NCBI GenBank assembly: GCA_001949185.1
Contig: BDGG01000001.1
Span: forward strand, 3,117,324-3,181,323
Length of the DNA: 64,000 nt
From: Ramazzottius varieornatus
Lineage: Eukaryota; Animalia; Tardigrada
Direction: 5' to 3'
A model generated the notes under the pieces. It did no database searches, had not been told where the DNA came from, and saw nothing but the letters and a program-made list of their open reading frames with translations. Numbering within the stretch: position 1 is the stretch's first letter; every line of letters starts with the position of its first letter. Positions 27,057 through 39,269 of the stretch are shown here, piece by piece. The translations under genes were made by a program, and so were the position numbers.

Positions 27057-30000
27057 ATGGCCACTAACATTTGGAACTTTATCCGGAACAAGACGCAACA
27101 TCAGGAGCAAAGTGGCAAACTTAAGCCCACGAAGGATCTCTTCACGTATAAGAAGGTTGGTGGGGCTTGCCGATAAGTAATTAGATATGCGGTTTGTTCG
27201 TATGTTTCGTATGACGGATACAAGGAAGGTCCAGGTATCTACAGGGTCAGGCGTTCGCGAGAGATAGTCCTGTGAGTCTCTGTGATGATTTGCATCGTAC
27301 AAGAGTACCATGCTACCGTACCTTCATGACACCTCCCGGTCTGGGCCTCCCACTCTCTGGCAGTAATGGCGATGGTCGTTAAAGTTGTCGCTTGGGTGGA
27401 GTTGAAGTTGACTGACAAGTCAAAATAAGCAACATCGCGTGTTTGTCGGTGAGAAAGAAAAAATCTAATTGCGTGGATTAGCTCAGTCGGCGTGCATGCT
27501 CCTGCATCGACGTCCATCGCCATGCGGACACTGTACAAGACCACTCTGCAAAGTTATTGCCTTCCCAATCGTCACTGCAGTTTTCTCTTCCAGACTCTGC
27601 AACATGGATTTCCTAACCGACCTTCCGCTCTGGGGTACGATCCTCGGCTGAACATCTTCGCTATCGGAACTCGGAGCGGCAACGTCAAGCTGTAGGTCTC
27701 TTTGTGATATCCAGTGTTGCATTTCGAGCCTCGAATTTTCTTGAGGTTTTCTGGATTGCATTTCGCGGTCATAATATTATCGAGGTCTCAGCGTGAATAG
27801 TCGCTGAACCACTGATGCGAACTCAAGTGGAATGAAACAGCTATCGAAGTGGTTTTGAAGTGGTTCAAAATCGATATTGAAAAGAATCGAAAGACCTCTG
27901 GCTTTTAATTCTCGTAGGGTTCGACCTATGCAGAAGGTTTGATGCATGACCTTCTGTTTTATTTAGCTGTAAGATTTGTATTTATTTTTATTTCAGGTAT
28001 GGCGCACCCGGGGTGGAATGTTATGGTCAGCACAAAAATGAGCAACCCGTCTCTCACATTGTTTTCCTTCCTGGCCAGGTACGTTTCGCTATCTTTGAGC
28101 CTCCTGCGTTATCGGGAACCATAGTTTGAAGCGACTTTTGTTGAATAAAGTCTTTGTTTTCAGGGAAGGTTCGTGACCATATGCGAGGACAACACGCTGT
28201 ACCTGTGGGAAATCAACAGTCGGTCGAACCATACAACCGTTGAATGCGTGAACGAGACCGCAATAGACGGAAGGTAACAAATTTAGGCAAAGGACTTTAA
28301 GGCCGACGAATGGAGTAGATGTGCAACTTTCATTGCGTTTGGTTGTAGGCAAAAGAAGATATCTGCCGTCTGGCTCTCTTCGTTCAACGAGCAGCTGTAC
28401 CTGGGTGTAGAAAGCGGCGATGTGCTTGTCCTCAATATCAACGCATTCGAGTTTGCACAAGAGTCAGTTATTTACCTTGATGCGGCCACCCAAAGGTAAA
28501 GTCAACAATATTATACAGTGTTGAAGATGCATCCCCTTCCGGCGGTCGCGTGGTCTCATAACATCAGTCAACGGTAACCGACATCACGTGATCAGCGGAA
28601 GGGATGCATTTTCAACAATACACAGTAACCGCTTTGGTCTTTTAACAATGTACCGCGCATTCCACCTTGCTAAGAATAGTTAGGTAATACCGGTGATTAT
28701 TGCAGCGCTTCCGGAGTTGCCAGAGCCACACCTGGGGCTGTTGAAGCCCTTGCCGAACATCCGGCCGACCCTGACCAGGTAAGAGGGTTCCTGAAAAGAA
28801 AGGGGAGGAGACTTCGTAATGACCGGTTTCTTGTGCTCCAGGTGCTTATTGGATACAGCAAAGGGCTTTTGGTTCTCTGGGATCTCCGTGAGAAACGCTC
28901 GATTAGTTCCTTCTGGGCAGCTCAGGTATTTCGCCAAAGTTTGTACCTAACTCGTATGTCATAGAACATCTGGCAAGCCTGGCAAGCGAGATGTGCTAGA
29001 TCGTTGAGTCGTATGGCGGACGCTTTTCACTGCTATTGGCTGGCAGCGTGCGCCACCTCAGGGAACAATCTCCAGTGTTTTGTTTTCCGGCCGCTTATAA
29101 TTGTCGCATCTGTATTTGTTGCCAATTGTCAGCCCGTGGAAGAAGCAAGAGAAACTAACATATTTTCTCATTTCTAGCAACTCGAGTCAGTGTGTTGGAA
29201 TGCTGACGGATCTCGTTTCTTCTCATCGCACAATGATGGCAGCTATTTCACTTGGGAGCCAAGCAAGCCAAATGAACCCGCAGAGAAGGCCTCCGTTGTC
29301 TATGGACCTTTTCCCTGCAAACCTATACCAAAATACCTTTGGCGAGCATCAAAAGAGTCAGAGTCGTTCCAGATATTCTCCGGTGGTATGCCGAGATCGC
29401 GATATGGCGATCACCACACCGTCAGCGTCATGCAAGGCGACAAGCATGTCGTATATGACTTTACGTCCAAAGTGGTCGACTTCTTCACCATTGGCGGTAA
29501 ATTCAAAAACTGATCAAATCACTTACATCACAACAGTCAATGGAAAGCTAGAGAAAGATCACTAGAGAATATTAAACCATGGAAGCTAGGCGAACTAACT
29601 TGACAAGATGTTGTCTCAAGTGGCGCACTGTTTCAGCCACTTGGGGTAACATGCCAGTCGAGTTTCTTTGGCAATCTTTGCTAGCTCCTCACTTACGACA
29701 ATCTCAAAGAACGACTTGGAGAGCCGTAAAAATTCAGGCAAACGCTACATATGGTTTTTGGTCTGTTAGATTCGGAAGACACCAGAGCCTTGGTTGTCCT
29801 CCTCGAAGAGGAACTCATCGCAGTCGACTTGACCACGCCCAAATGGCCGATATTCCAGCTGCCTTACCTGTTCGTCATTCATTCCTCCTCGATAACCTGT
29901 TCCAGTGCCGTTGACAACGTTCCTTCCGCAATATGGACATCTATCGTCAACGCCGGGAAGAAGCAACTGCACGGTTCGTTCTCGGCCAAGCCATGGCCGG

Positions 30001-33000
30001 TTAATGGTGGAGTGTGCCACGACACGAAGCCGACAGAGAACGGCCTCTTGTTGACCGGTCACGAAGACGGCTCCGTCCGGTTCTGGGACGTTTCCGGTGC
30101 CTACTTGAAACTAGTCTATACACTCACCACCAGTAATTTCTTCAAAACCTACGAGGATGATGAAGAGGAGGAAGAAACGCCCGAGGAACACAATGACGAT
30201 GACGAAGGCGATGAGTGGCCGCCGTTTAGGAAAGTAGGCAGCTTCGACCCGTACAGTGACGATCCCAGACTAGCTGTGCAGAGAATGGAGTTCTGTACAA
30301 AGAATAGTGTCTTGTTGGTGGCGGGGACGGCTGGACAGATTGTCCTGTTCGATTTCAAGAAAACTGCCGTTCTCGGAATGACCGTCGATGTAAGATTACT
30401 ACAGCCCGTTCAAGCAAACTTGTCACCATCCTTTCAAAAACTTGATTCTCTCCCAATGACGATTTCTGAGAGCTGTTTCTATTTTTGCCTGATAGCCTCA
30501 GCTTTCCCCTTTCAGAAAGTACCGGACATCCCGAATCGAACTAGCGTAGTTGAAACACCGGTCACAAAAGCTCAAGGCTCGACGGGAGCAGTCGTGTAGA
30601 GACCCTTGTTTTCCCGCTGTTTTTCCAACGGTCCCAAAACAGACTTTTACCTCGAAAAATTTTGTTTGAGACGACGAAAAGAAACCGCTGATACAGATCG
30701 ACAGCGCATCTGGTCTAGTATCGGACGCGCTAGAGTTTGCGTGAAATGAGTTACGCTGGATTTTAGCAGAATTGAATTTCAAGAAAAAAAGTTGATGCTC
30801 GGTCGGATGACGACCCTCACCCAAACAATTTCTTCTCGGCAACCAGCGGTACTTTCAAAGGATTTGTTTTTGGTTGAGTCTCCTAGTTTATTGACAGGGC
30901 TTTCACCCGTAGCCTAAAATTTAGGCCTGAAACTCTCGTCGTGACTTTTCCGACAATTCTGAAAAACGAGTGGTGACAACTTTGCTTGAACGGGCTGTAT
31001 TTTGAACACAGAATGGCTGCTACGCAAATAAATTTGAAATGATTGTTTTCCCAAGTGGCGCACGTTCTTAGGGTTGTTGACAGGAAGCGTGTACCATATT
31101 AAGGAGGACGTTTGCCGAGGCCCGAAGCAGTCTTCGACTTTCAGTAATGTTTATGCTTTTTTTGCAGCATCTTCTGGTCAACATAGTCGGGGACCGTGAT
31201 GGGTTTGTGTGGAAGGGACATAATCCATTGAAACTAAAATCGTCGGTGATTAAGTCGGACGTTGGGTTTCAGCCGCAGATGGTGGTGCAAACGATGCCAC
31301 CTGCCACTTGCTCTGCCTTAACGCTGCAGTCGGACTGGCATTTGTAAGTGTACGTCCATGGGAAGTCCAGTTGTCTTAGTTTCCTGCAGTTCTGGTGATA
31401 AGAGCTGTTTGTTCCGGCAGGTTTGGCGTGGGTACGGCGCACGGGTTCTTCTTGATGGACTATATGCGGAAGCAGACGGTCACTAGTCGGTGCACGCTCA
31501 GTACACTGGATGTGAACACTGGTGCGGATACTTCGATGAACAGAAGAGGGAAGTCGTTGAAGAAATCCTTACGGGAGTCATTCAGAAGGATTCGTCGGGG
31601 AAGATCTCAGATGGACATCAAGAGAAATGGCGCAGCTGGTGATAAAGCGACCCGGTAAGAACATTCTCAGACCAAGATTGTTCTCCGATTAGGAGTTAAG
31701 ACAAACTGGCATTGTTTTTAGGCACATTCCCATACACGAAGAGGAAACTCGTCCAGTCGAACGACAAGTAGAGGCGCGCTCGGTCGACAATGAAATGGCG
31801 TCTGTTGTGCGATGCCTGCAGCTGTGTTCCTGTCATATTCTTAACAGTAAAGACTGCTGTTCATCGTTCTTGTATCAAAGATATCCGTAGTGAATAATGA
31901 AGCGCTGATTTTTTAAGATGTGGTACGGTCACCGACGTTTTGGGTGGGGACAAACAACGGTACAGTCTATATCTACAACCTTGTTCTTCCGTTGAGTGAG
32001 AACCGTCGAGAGGAGGATGTCCACGCGAGTCCCAGTAAAGAGATTCAGCTCCGGCATCACGCACCTGTAGTGTACATCTGTGTCATCGACGCATTCGGAT
32101 GTCCAGTGAATGACAAAGCCAACGCTAAAGATGTGAGTGGAGACGGAAGTATGCAGAAAGTTCTCATCTGCTCGGAAGAACAGTTCAAGGTAAGTCAGCT
32201 CTTTCAGTAACTTTCGCTGGAATACTATTTGAGTTAATCACTAGCTATCTGCGTTACTTGTAGATCTTCCATCTGCCTACCCTGAGGCCCATAAACAAGT
32301 TTAAACTTACCGCCCATGAAGGTTCTCAGCTGCGGAAAGCTAAAATCGTTAACTACAGCGCGTCTCACGGTACGTGCGAATTTGGTTGTCTTATGCTGAT
32401 TTTCTGAATGGGCAATTACAGAGTTGGTCTTACAGATGATGATGTTCACGATTACTGCTTGACCTGTCTGACGAACCAAGGCGATGTTGTCGTCTTTAGT
32501 TTGCCGAATTTGGTGAGACTCCTGAAGCAAGACTTGATCCGGCGGGAAGACATTCAGTAAGTAGTATGACCTTCGAATTTACTTTTCGCATAAGTTTTTA
32601 ATTGTTGGGTGTGTTTTATAGTGGCATCTCCACACTTGTCTTGACCAAAACTGGACAAGGCTACTTTCAGAAATCTCCTAGTGAGTTCCAACGCTTTACT
32701 CTATCGAGCCGGAAGTTGATCGAGCCGCTGTTCTCAATCGAACTGGATGAGAATGCTCGTTCAAGTCAGACTCCTCGGCCGCACACCAATCCTCCTTCCC
32801 GAATGTCGGAGTCTAGTCGGACACAAAGTCCCAGGTTGACGTCTCTCAAGGGTTCGCCCGAGTCCGGCATAAGCGTCAACAACTCCATGTCGACCCATAC
32901 TCGCACCACGACCGGTCTCTCACCAGACACGAACCTGAACGAATCACTCAGAAGTGAAACTTCCGCGACGAATATGAGCGTCGACAGTGTTCGCGTCTTC

Positions 33001-33261
33001 TCGTAGGTCCACGTTTCTAAATTGGGACCTACGCATACAAACTCGACAAGATGGTTTCTCCAAGTGTTGCACGCTTTCAGCCGGAAACACACATTGAAGA
33101 CGTGTGCCACTTACCACAACGGTGTTGTCGGTCTTGTTTGACGAGCTCTATTCACAACTCCGAGTGTGTTCGGGTAAAATTGTCTGTTTTACAGAGAAGA
33201 AGATGGAATGGGGAGCCATACGGAAGTTGATGTGACAAGCACAGGTGGTAAAAAACACTAA
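27057..33261 (+). CDS. lgl: Lethal(2) giant larvae (WD40 polarity protein)
   Basis: Exon 1 [10 protein letters not shown]...KDLFTYKK splices to [17 protein letters not shown]. Also [56 protein letters not shown], and the aPKC phospho-cluster [16 protein letters not shown] that separates Lgl from tomosyn. Ends at 33006 (unspliced) or 33261 (via intron 33003-33194). Confidence 0.93.
28515..28620. repeat. Short palindromic MITE-like insertion in lgl intron
   Basis: TGTTGAAGATGCATCCCCTTCCG ... CGGAAGGGATGCATTTTCAACA inverted repeat. Confidence 0.6.
30402..30997. mobile_element. Tc1/mariner-type MITE in lgl intron
   Basis: ~27 bp TIRs CAGCCCGTTCAAGCAAA(C/G)TTGTCACCA with one mismatch, TA on both sides, no coding capacity. 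Confidence 0.88.
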
Positions 33262-33484
33262 CGTAAAAATGCTTGTGAAGCTGCTTTTTCTTCTGGTTTT
33301 ATCGAAGGTGTGGAATTTTTTATTGTCGTAGTCATGTGTAGTAGTACGCCTGCCCTTTTGGCAAAATTTTGAGCTTGTTTTGCTTCTCTGTTTTAATTTG
33401 TTAAGGAAATGCACTATGGCAGCTATCAATCGTGTAGAACGTGTGCGCGAAGGATTACGCATCACGGAAATCTGTATGTATTTC

Positions 33485-33591
33485 AGTGGACAAAACAGAT
33501 GGCGGCAGCCTGCCGAAAGCGGCACCGCACATTAAATTAAGCTGGCCATTGCCGCTTTCGGTCGGCTGCCAAGTGTTCTGTTTATGTCAAC
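33485..33591. repeat. Palindromic hairpin element 3' of lgl
   Basis: GGCAGCCTGCCGAAAGCGGCA ... TGCCGCTTTCGGTCGGCTGCC with imperfect outer arms. Confidence 0.55.
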
Positions 33592-33721
33592 AGTTAGGCC
33601 AGGTGCATACTTCTTTCCCGACTGGCGACCGCAAACTACAGTAGTCATGCTGTGCCATCAGCGACGATCTTCGTCAATTAAGTTGCCACCGACAGATGAA
33701 GCTAAGATGAGCTATAGCTAA

Positions 33722-35920
33722 CGAGGGGATTATGCCTGTCCCCACCTCTTTTTGTCAAACTGTCCTGGCGGAACGAGAGAGGAGAGTCTCTTCTAGGATC
33801 TGAGCCAGTGAGCTAAATCCCGCGTCGATCCTGAAACAAACTACAGGGACTCTGAAATGACGTCAGAAATTTATGCCAATAACGTAGAAACGTGATGTCT
33901 TGTAGGTCCACGTTAGACCTAACAAACAAACCCTCAAACCCATCAGTAAACAAACTCGTTAAGGCAAATAATACAGAAATGATGAGTGTCATAAAAGTGA
34001 TGGAAGCAAAGATGGGCCTTGCACCACCCGCAAACCAGAAGAACAATGTCTCTGCAGTTCTCGTGAAGACAACTGCCTTTCAGCTTATCAAACATAAACT
34101 TGGCTGGATTAACATACATGAAACGTTCGTCGGTATATCCCAACTTATGCCAAGCTTCAGCTATCAAATTTTCGAACCTGGGCGACTGAAACTGTTGATA
34201 CAGCAAAGAGTGCAATCTCAAAATCACATCGCGATGATGCACTGGAACGGGTAAATCGTGCAAAAAGACAAAGTCGGATATCTTCTTGAAGCAGCCTTTG
34301 TACATCCTAAAGCATAACACATCCAGCGGTTGAATTTGACCGGCAACTTTCGGAGGGATGGTCAGCATTTCGTACTCCAGCTCTTCCGGTTTCAGTTCAA
34401 TCACAGAATCTTGATCGGAGAAGGTCTTCCACGAGTCGGCCAAGAAAATGCACCGCTCTTCCATATGAGGGAAAAGTACTTTTTCTGACCACTCTAAGTA
34501 GAGCTTCTTGGTCATCTTCCCGGATGTGGAAGCAGTGACATACAGATTATGAGCCTTGAACATCGTTCTCGACACGATTGGATCAAACACTCCTTTCTCT
34601 TCCTTCAGCGTTAGGAAAAGAACAGGAAGAAACTTACGCCTGCCCGGGGAGACCGCCATCATCACAGTGTAGCTATGTGTCATGGCATTCTCCGACTGGG
34701 TGATCGCTTCCACGTGTTTTACTCCAGCAGTTTCCAAAGTTCTTCCTGGTCTCATCTTATATTCAAAGCCTGACTGATCCGCATTCCACAGACAGTCTAA
34801 CCCGTACTCTGCGATCCTTGATCTGACAAGCGCAACGCAGGCTTCAGAAACCGGCCAAGTTCACCGTTTCGTTCGCAATGAGAGCCCATCGACGTACGTC
34901 CAAATCTTTGACCACTTGTTTTTTCCTTTTAGCGAGGAAGAACTGCTTACCGACATCCAAACGTAGAGCTTTCAACTTGTCTAGCCTGGAACCGCCTTCC
35001 ACTACCTGCTTTTCCCAGTCGTACAGCTGCCGTATGCAGGTTACTTTACCAAAACTTTTCTGAACAGTGGCCAACGTGAGACGCTTCTTCTTCACGGCGT
35101 TTCTCCAGTATGTAACCGCACGTTTCTTGTACTCCAAGTTGACTAACTGATCCACTGGAAGCTTGGGGTTAGGAAGTCGTGGGATGTATAGCTCATGGGA
35201 AGAAGCTTCAGTTCCGCTGGAAACAGGCTCAAGCAGTCTATGAGGTTCCGTAACGTCGAAGTCAGCTTCGCTCCGGCCATTCAGCAGGTTGCACAGGACA
35301 ACTGATGCTTCGTAATCTTCAAATGACTCGACGCGGATCTGCAGATCATACTGGAGGTCTTCTTCAACGGCATACACAGGAGTAACACTTTGGGGGATCT
35401 TCGAGTCGATGAAATCTAGGAAAGATTACGAATCAAATTAGTATCTTGGTTTTTTCTGAGCTTCAGTGCACACTAAGATTACCTTTAACTATGTCCTTGA
35501 ACTGCCTGTCAGCTTCGCTTGGAAAGTCGTCGATACGGTAGTGCAGTTTGTAGTCCCATTCCAGCAGCTTGATAACATCCAGCAAGTTGATGCATTCCAT
35601 TTCAGAGAAGCGCAGGAATGAATGAGCAAATGAGAGAAGGTTGAAAAACAACAGAAAACTTGATGAGCAGGAAGCACAGGCTCAACCAACAACCGAATCA
35701 ACCATCAAACATCTTGATTGTTCATTACTCAACCGTCTTGATTGTTCATTACTCTGCTTATATACCGCCCTACTTTTGACGTCACTCCCGAGTCCCTGTA
35801 GTTTGTTCCAGGATCGACGCGGGATTTAGCTCACTGGCTCAGATCCTAGAAGTGACTCTCCTCTCTCGTTCCGCCAGACAGTTTGACTAAAAAGAGGTGG
35901 GGACAGGCTTAATCCCCTCG
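33722..35920 (-). mobile_element. Tc4/Tc5-type (pogo-related) DNA transposon with ~140 bp TIRs, internally deleted
   Basis: Near-perfect TIRs starting CGAGGGGATTA at both ends; flanks C-TAA|element|TAA-G, i.e. TNA duplication at a CTNAG site; contains transposase. Confidence 0.92.
33943..35600 (-). pseudogene. Tc5-like DDE transposase, broken near 34844
   Basis: WNADQSG, NAMTHSYT, ASTSGKM, FLADSW, IQPLDV and C-terminal CGWCKAHLCFHHF. The N-terminal ORF stops at 34844 and the DDE part resumes in another frame. Confidence 0.85.
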
Positions 35921-36726
35921 TAAGATGAGTTGCAACGTCACTCATAAGCGCAGCAGCTGATCAGAACTTTGATTAGTTGGGCAGCCATCATGCTGCGTAA
36001 CTCCGAGTACGCTATTTTTCGAAAATAAGGGGAGCTCCGGAAAGCAAAATGCAGTTATACGTCACGAAAGGGGCGGAGCACGGGCGTAGCTACAGTTGCA
36101 AAGTGAACGGGAGTGGCAACTTAATCTCTATAATTTGCTTTTGCTGTGTCCGCAAGCTGCCGACAGATAGCCAGCAATGCATTACAACCTGCTTCGTGAA
36201 GGCGCTGGGATGCACGAATCTAATATCTGAACTAGCTTTAACAGGAGAAGCTTCTTCGTACGAAGGGGAACCTAGATCGCGTTGCTGTCAGGGAAGATAA
36301 ACGGCGCAGCAGATATCGGTACAAGGTAAACGCAACGGAGTGGTCATAACTGGATCTCAGCAACTGGTGGCTCAGATCGTTTCACTTTAGGCTGAATCAA
36401 AAGGGAGAAGCCTGTAGATTCATATGGTATCCACAAGAAGCGAGGATACCGTCCAGCATATGAGATTCTGCTCCTCAAAGTAAGACGACTCGCTCCTGTG
36501 TTAAATAGCCTACGACACAAATTTAATACAGGCCACCAGAGGCGCCTGCGTAGGCACGTTCTTCTCTTTGAAGCGACGTCATCCATATGGTTTATACAGT
36601 GCAACCCGGTACAGCTACGTCAGAACCTTGTTACTGAACCGATTTTCCTTGTTCGGTAAGATGATACGACTTTGCTAAAATTCATAAAGGAATCCTTCAA
36701 AGTTTGCTTGTCCATGTTATTTCATA

Positions 36727-38233
36727 ATGGCTTCACCTAAGTTAGAGACAGCTGCTGAGATCAGCAAGGAGCTGATGGACTCTGCCATCTCTGCAGTAAA
36801 AGATTCAGGAATCAGCAAGAGATCTGCTGCACGGTACTTTGGCGTAGCGTGCACAACGCTGGTACGACGTCTTCAAATTCCCCATGCTCAAAGACGCGGT
36901 GGTCCAACAAAGTTTCCTTCACGAGTGGAAAAAGAGCTGTCTGAACTACTTGAGGCTTGCTGCGCTATCGGGATTCCCCTAAATCGCTACCACTGTTACC
37001 AGTTGTTCTCCCAAATTGCAGTTGAGTTGGGTGAGTTAGGGTGTGCATCACAGATTGAGTCGGTATTTTGGGTAATTTTTCTCAAGCGTTTTCAGGGCTG
37101 AAGAATACGACCTGTAACGCCAATTCATTCCGGAACTTATTTGGTCTTTGTGCTTGCAGAATGTGATATTTGTGGACGGTCACTTCAGCCACATAAATAA
37201 CCTGCTGCTCGTCCGATACTGTCGCGAATTCTTCGACGAGACGGGGACACAAGTGGAGGTGTTCTGTTTCTCAGCTGGCCAAACATGTCGTCTGCAGCCA
37301 TTCGATATCTCATCTTTTGGTCCAATAAAGAAAAAGTGGGCCGATTATCTTCGAGATCGTCGTGCGAAAGGCGGAATGGTGCGTAGGGAATCCCTATTTT
37401 ACCAAATGACTTGTTTGTACAAGTTCTGGCTTTTGCTTGATAATGTTAATCTCCGCCAGGTCACAAAAGATAACTTCCTTTCTCACCTCGTTATGTTGTG
37501 GTTCAAAACAGAAGGTGGCCCGAAAGATTGCCCCGCGTTCAACGTAGGACCAACACTGCAGTCTGGTTTTGCACGTTGTGGCCTGTTTCCCTTCAGTCCG
37601 GAGACCATTAGAGGCACCGTCAAACTTTTCTACGACCCGACTGTAAATGCAAGCGGAATCCGCCAAATTGAGCCAGGCCAAGATCACGAAGAACTGTTCG
37701 AGCTTCTGCGCAGACGATACGGCATCACGTCCGATATTCATCATGAAGAAGTAAGGGACTGTGTCGAGAATGTTCAAAAAGGCACTACTTCCGGTAAGGT
37801 GCTTGCGGGTGCACTGGCGAAGTCGTTGATGGATGACGCCCCGAAGAAGCGAAAGCAAAAGAACACCATGCTCAATCTAACATCTGGAGCTATGGTGACG
37901 TCAGACGAAATCGTGAAAACGGCAGAAATGATTCAAGCTGAGAATCTAGGAAAGAAAGCAGCACTGAAGGCGACGAACGCAGCAGAGAAAGCGGGAAGAC
38001 AAGCAGGGGAAAAAGTCGCTTCGAAAGCAGCGGAAAAGGCGGCTACCAGGGCTGCGAAGGCAGCAGAAAAGGAAGCAGAGAAAGCTGCAAAAGCAGCGGA
38101 AAGAACAGCCAAAGCAGTGAAAAAGGCCGCGGTCAAGGCTGTGAAGGCGGTGGCGAAGGCTGCCGCAAAACTCTCCGCAAGAGATGCCAAAGCAGAGTCA
38201 GCAAGCGAAAGGCTGCAGAGCCTGCATCGATGA
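36727..38233 (+). pseudogene. pogo/Tigger-like transposase remnant (HTH_psq + partial DDE_1) with Ala/Lys-rich tail
   Basis: AISAVKDSGISKRSAARYFGVACTTL (psq-type HTH), IFVDGHFSH, LQPFDISSFGPIKKKW, SGFARCGLFPF. The first catalytic Asp region appears to be missing. Confidence 0.75.
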
Positions 38234-39269
38234 TCAGTTTTTCGTCGAAGAGGTTCAAGCAAGCTTCAAGCAGTGAAGATCCTCCGAACTTTTCTTTTAT
38301 TTCGGATATCACCGCAACGGAATCCGTCTTAAACTGATCAGGCCTTTTTGACTGTGGAAAAAATTTCTATTGAGCTGTATCATACGTAGGGGATTTCCTA
38401 ATAATTTCACCTCTGAAAATCCCGTGTTGGTTAAATGGTATGAAGTTTTGGTTGGACAAGTAATCGTAGTGCCGTAGTGCGTAATAGAATACAAGTAAAG
38501 TAAGCTCGACCATGCGCGAAATGAAACTGGGAAATTATACCGCAGTTCATCAATACCGTACCCCGGACTGCGGTCTGTTTGCGGTACAAAAGCCTATGCT
38601 TCACGTGCTGCCATCGCATACCGCAAAGTATGACCGATACGTTGCGCAAAATCTGCTATGACCACTACGTTGCGTTTACCTTGTACAGAAATCACTGCTT
38701 CCCAGTTGCAAGTAAGTGCAGGGAATACAAGATGCTGAACAGGCCTATGGGCAGTCTGACCAGTGCCCTCACAGTCCTGGTTTTACAGGGTAGCATATTA
38801 CGTCATGTCATATGACAAGCACCGTTCCGTTAACTCTCTCTGACCTGACTCATGCATGTTGATTAGTGTGTCATCTAACTCACTTGCTGTCAGTCCTGTG
38901 TGACGTTTTGTTGGAGCTTGGCAGGCTAAGTTGTGAACTGGAACAAGTTCAAAACTATTTTTGTCAATTTTGTGGGAGGTGTGGTTCTATTCCCGGCTTT
39001 ATCTCTGATCACCAATACTCATCCAAGTTCTGCTCCAGATGCAACTCGCCTCAGGTGTAGACTTCTTCGTGTATATGCTGGGACGCTAGATGACAAGCGG
39101 AACTGCCGCGGATTCAAGGATTACCGTCTGCATATAGTCGTTGAACATTCCTGCGGTTTACAAGGTATCGTCTACAAGGCCATGTATCTCTGCGTCTCGT
39201 GTTTAGACTGATCACTTGATTGTGAATATGATTGTTTCATAATTCATTGGTTTGTTAGATTGAACGAAC

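Noticed and set aside
27057-33261. Tomosyn (STXBP5) as the identity of the WD40 gene
   Set aside because: It has the Lgl aPKC site cluster and no C-terminal R-SNARE motif.
36595-38800. Possible TIRs of the pogo remnant (TACAGTGCAACCCGGTA / TACAGGGTAGCATATTA)
   Set aside because: Match too degenerate to define element ends.
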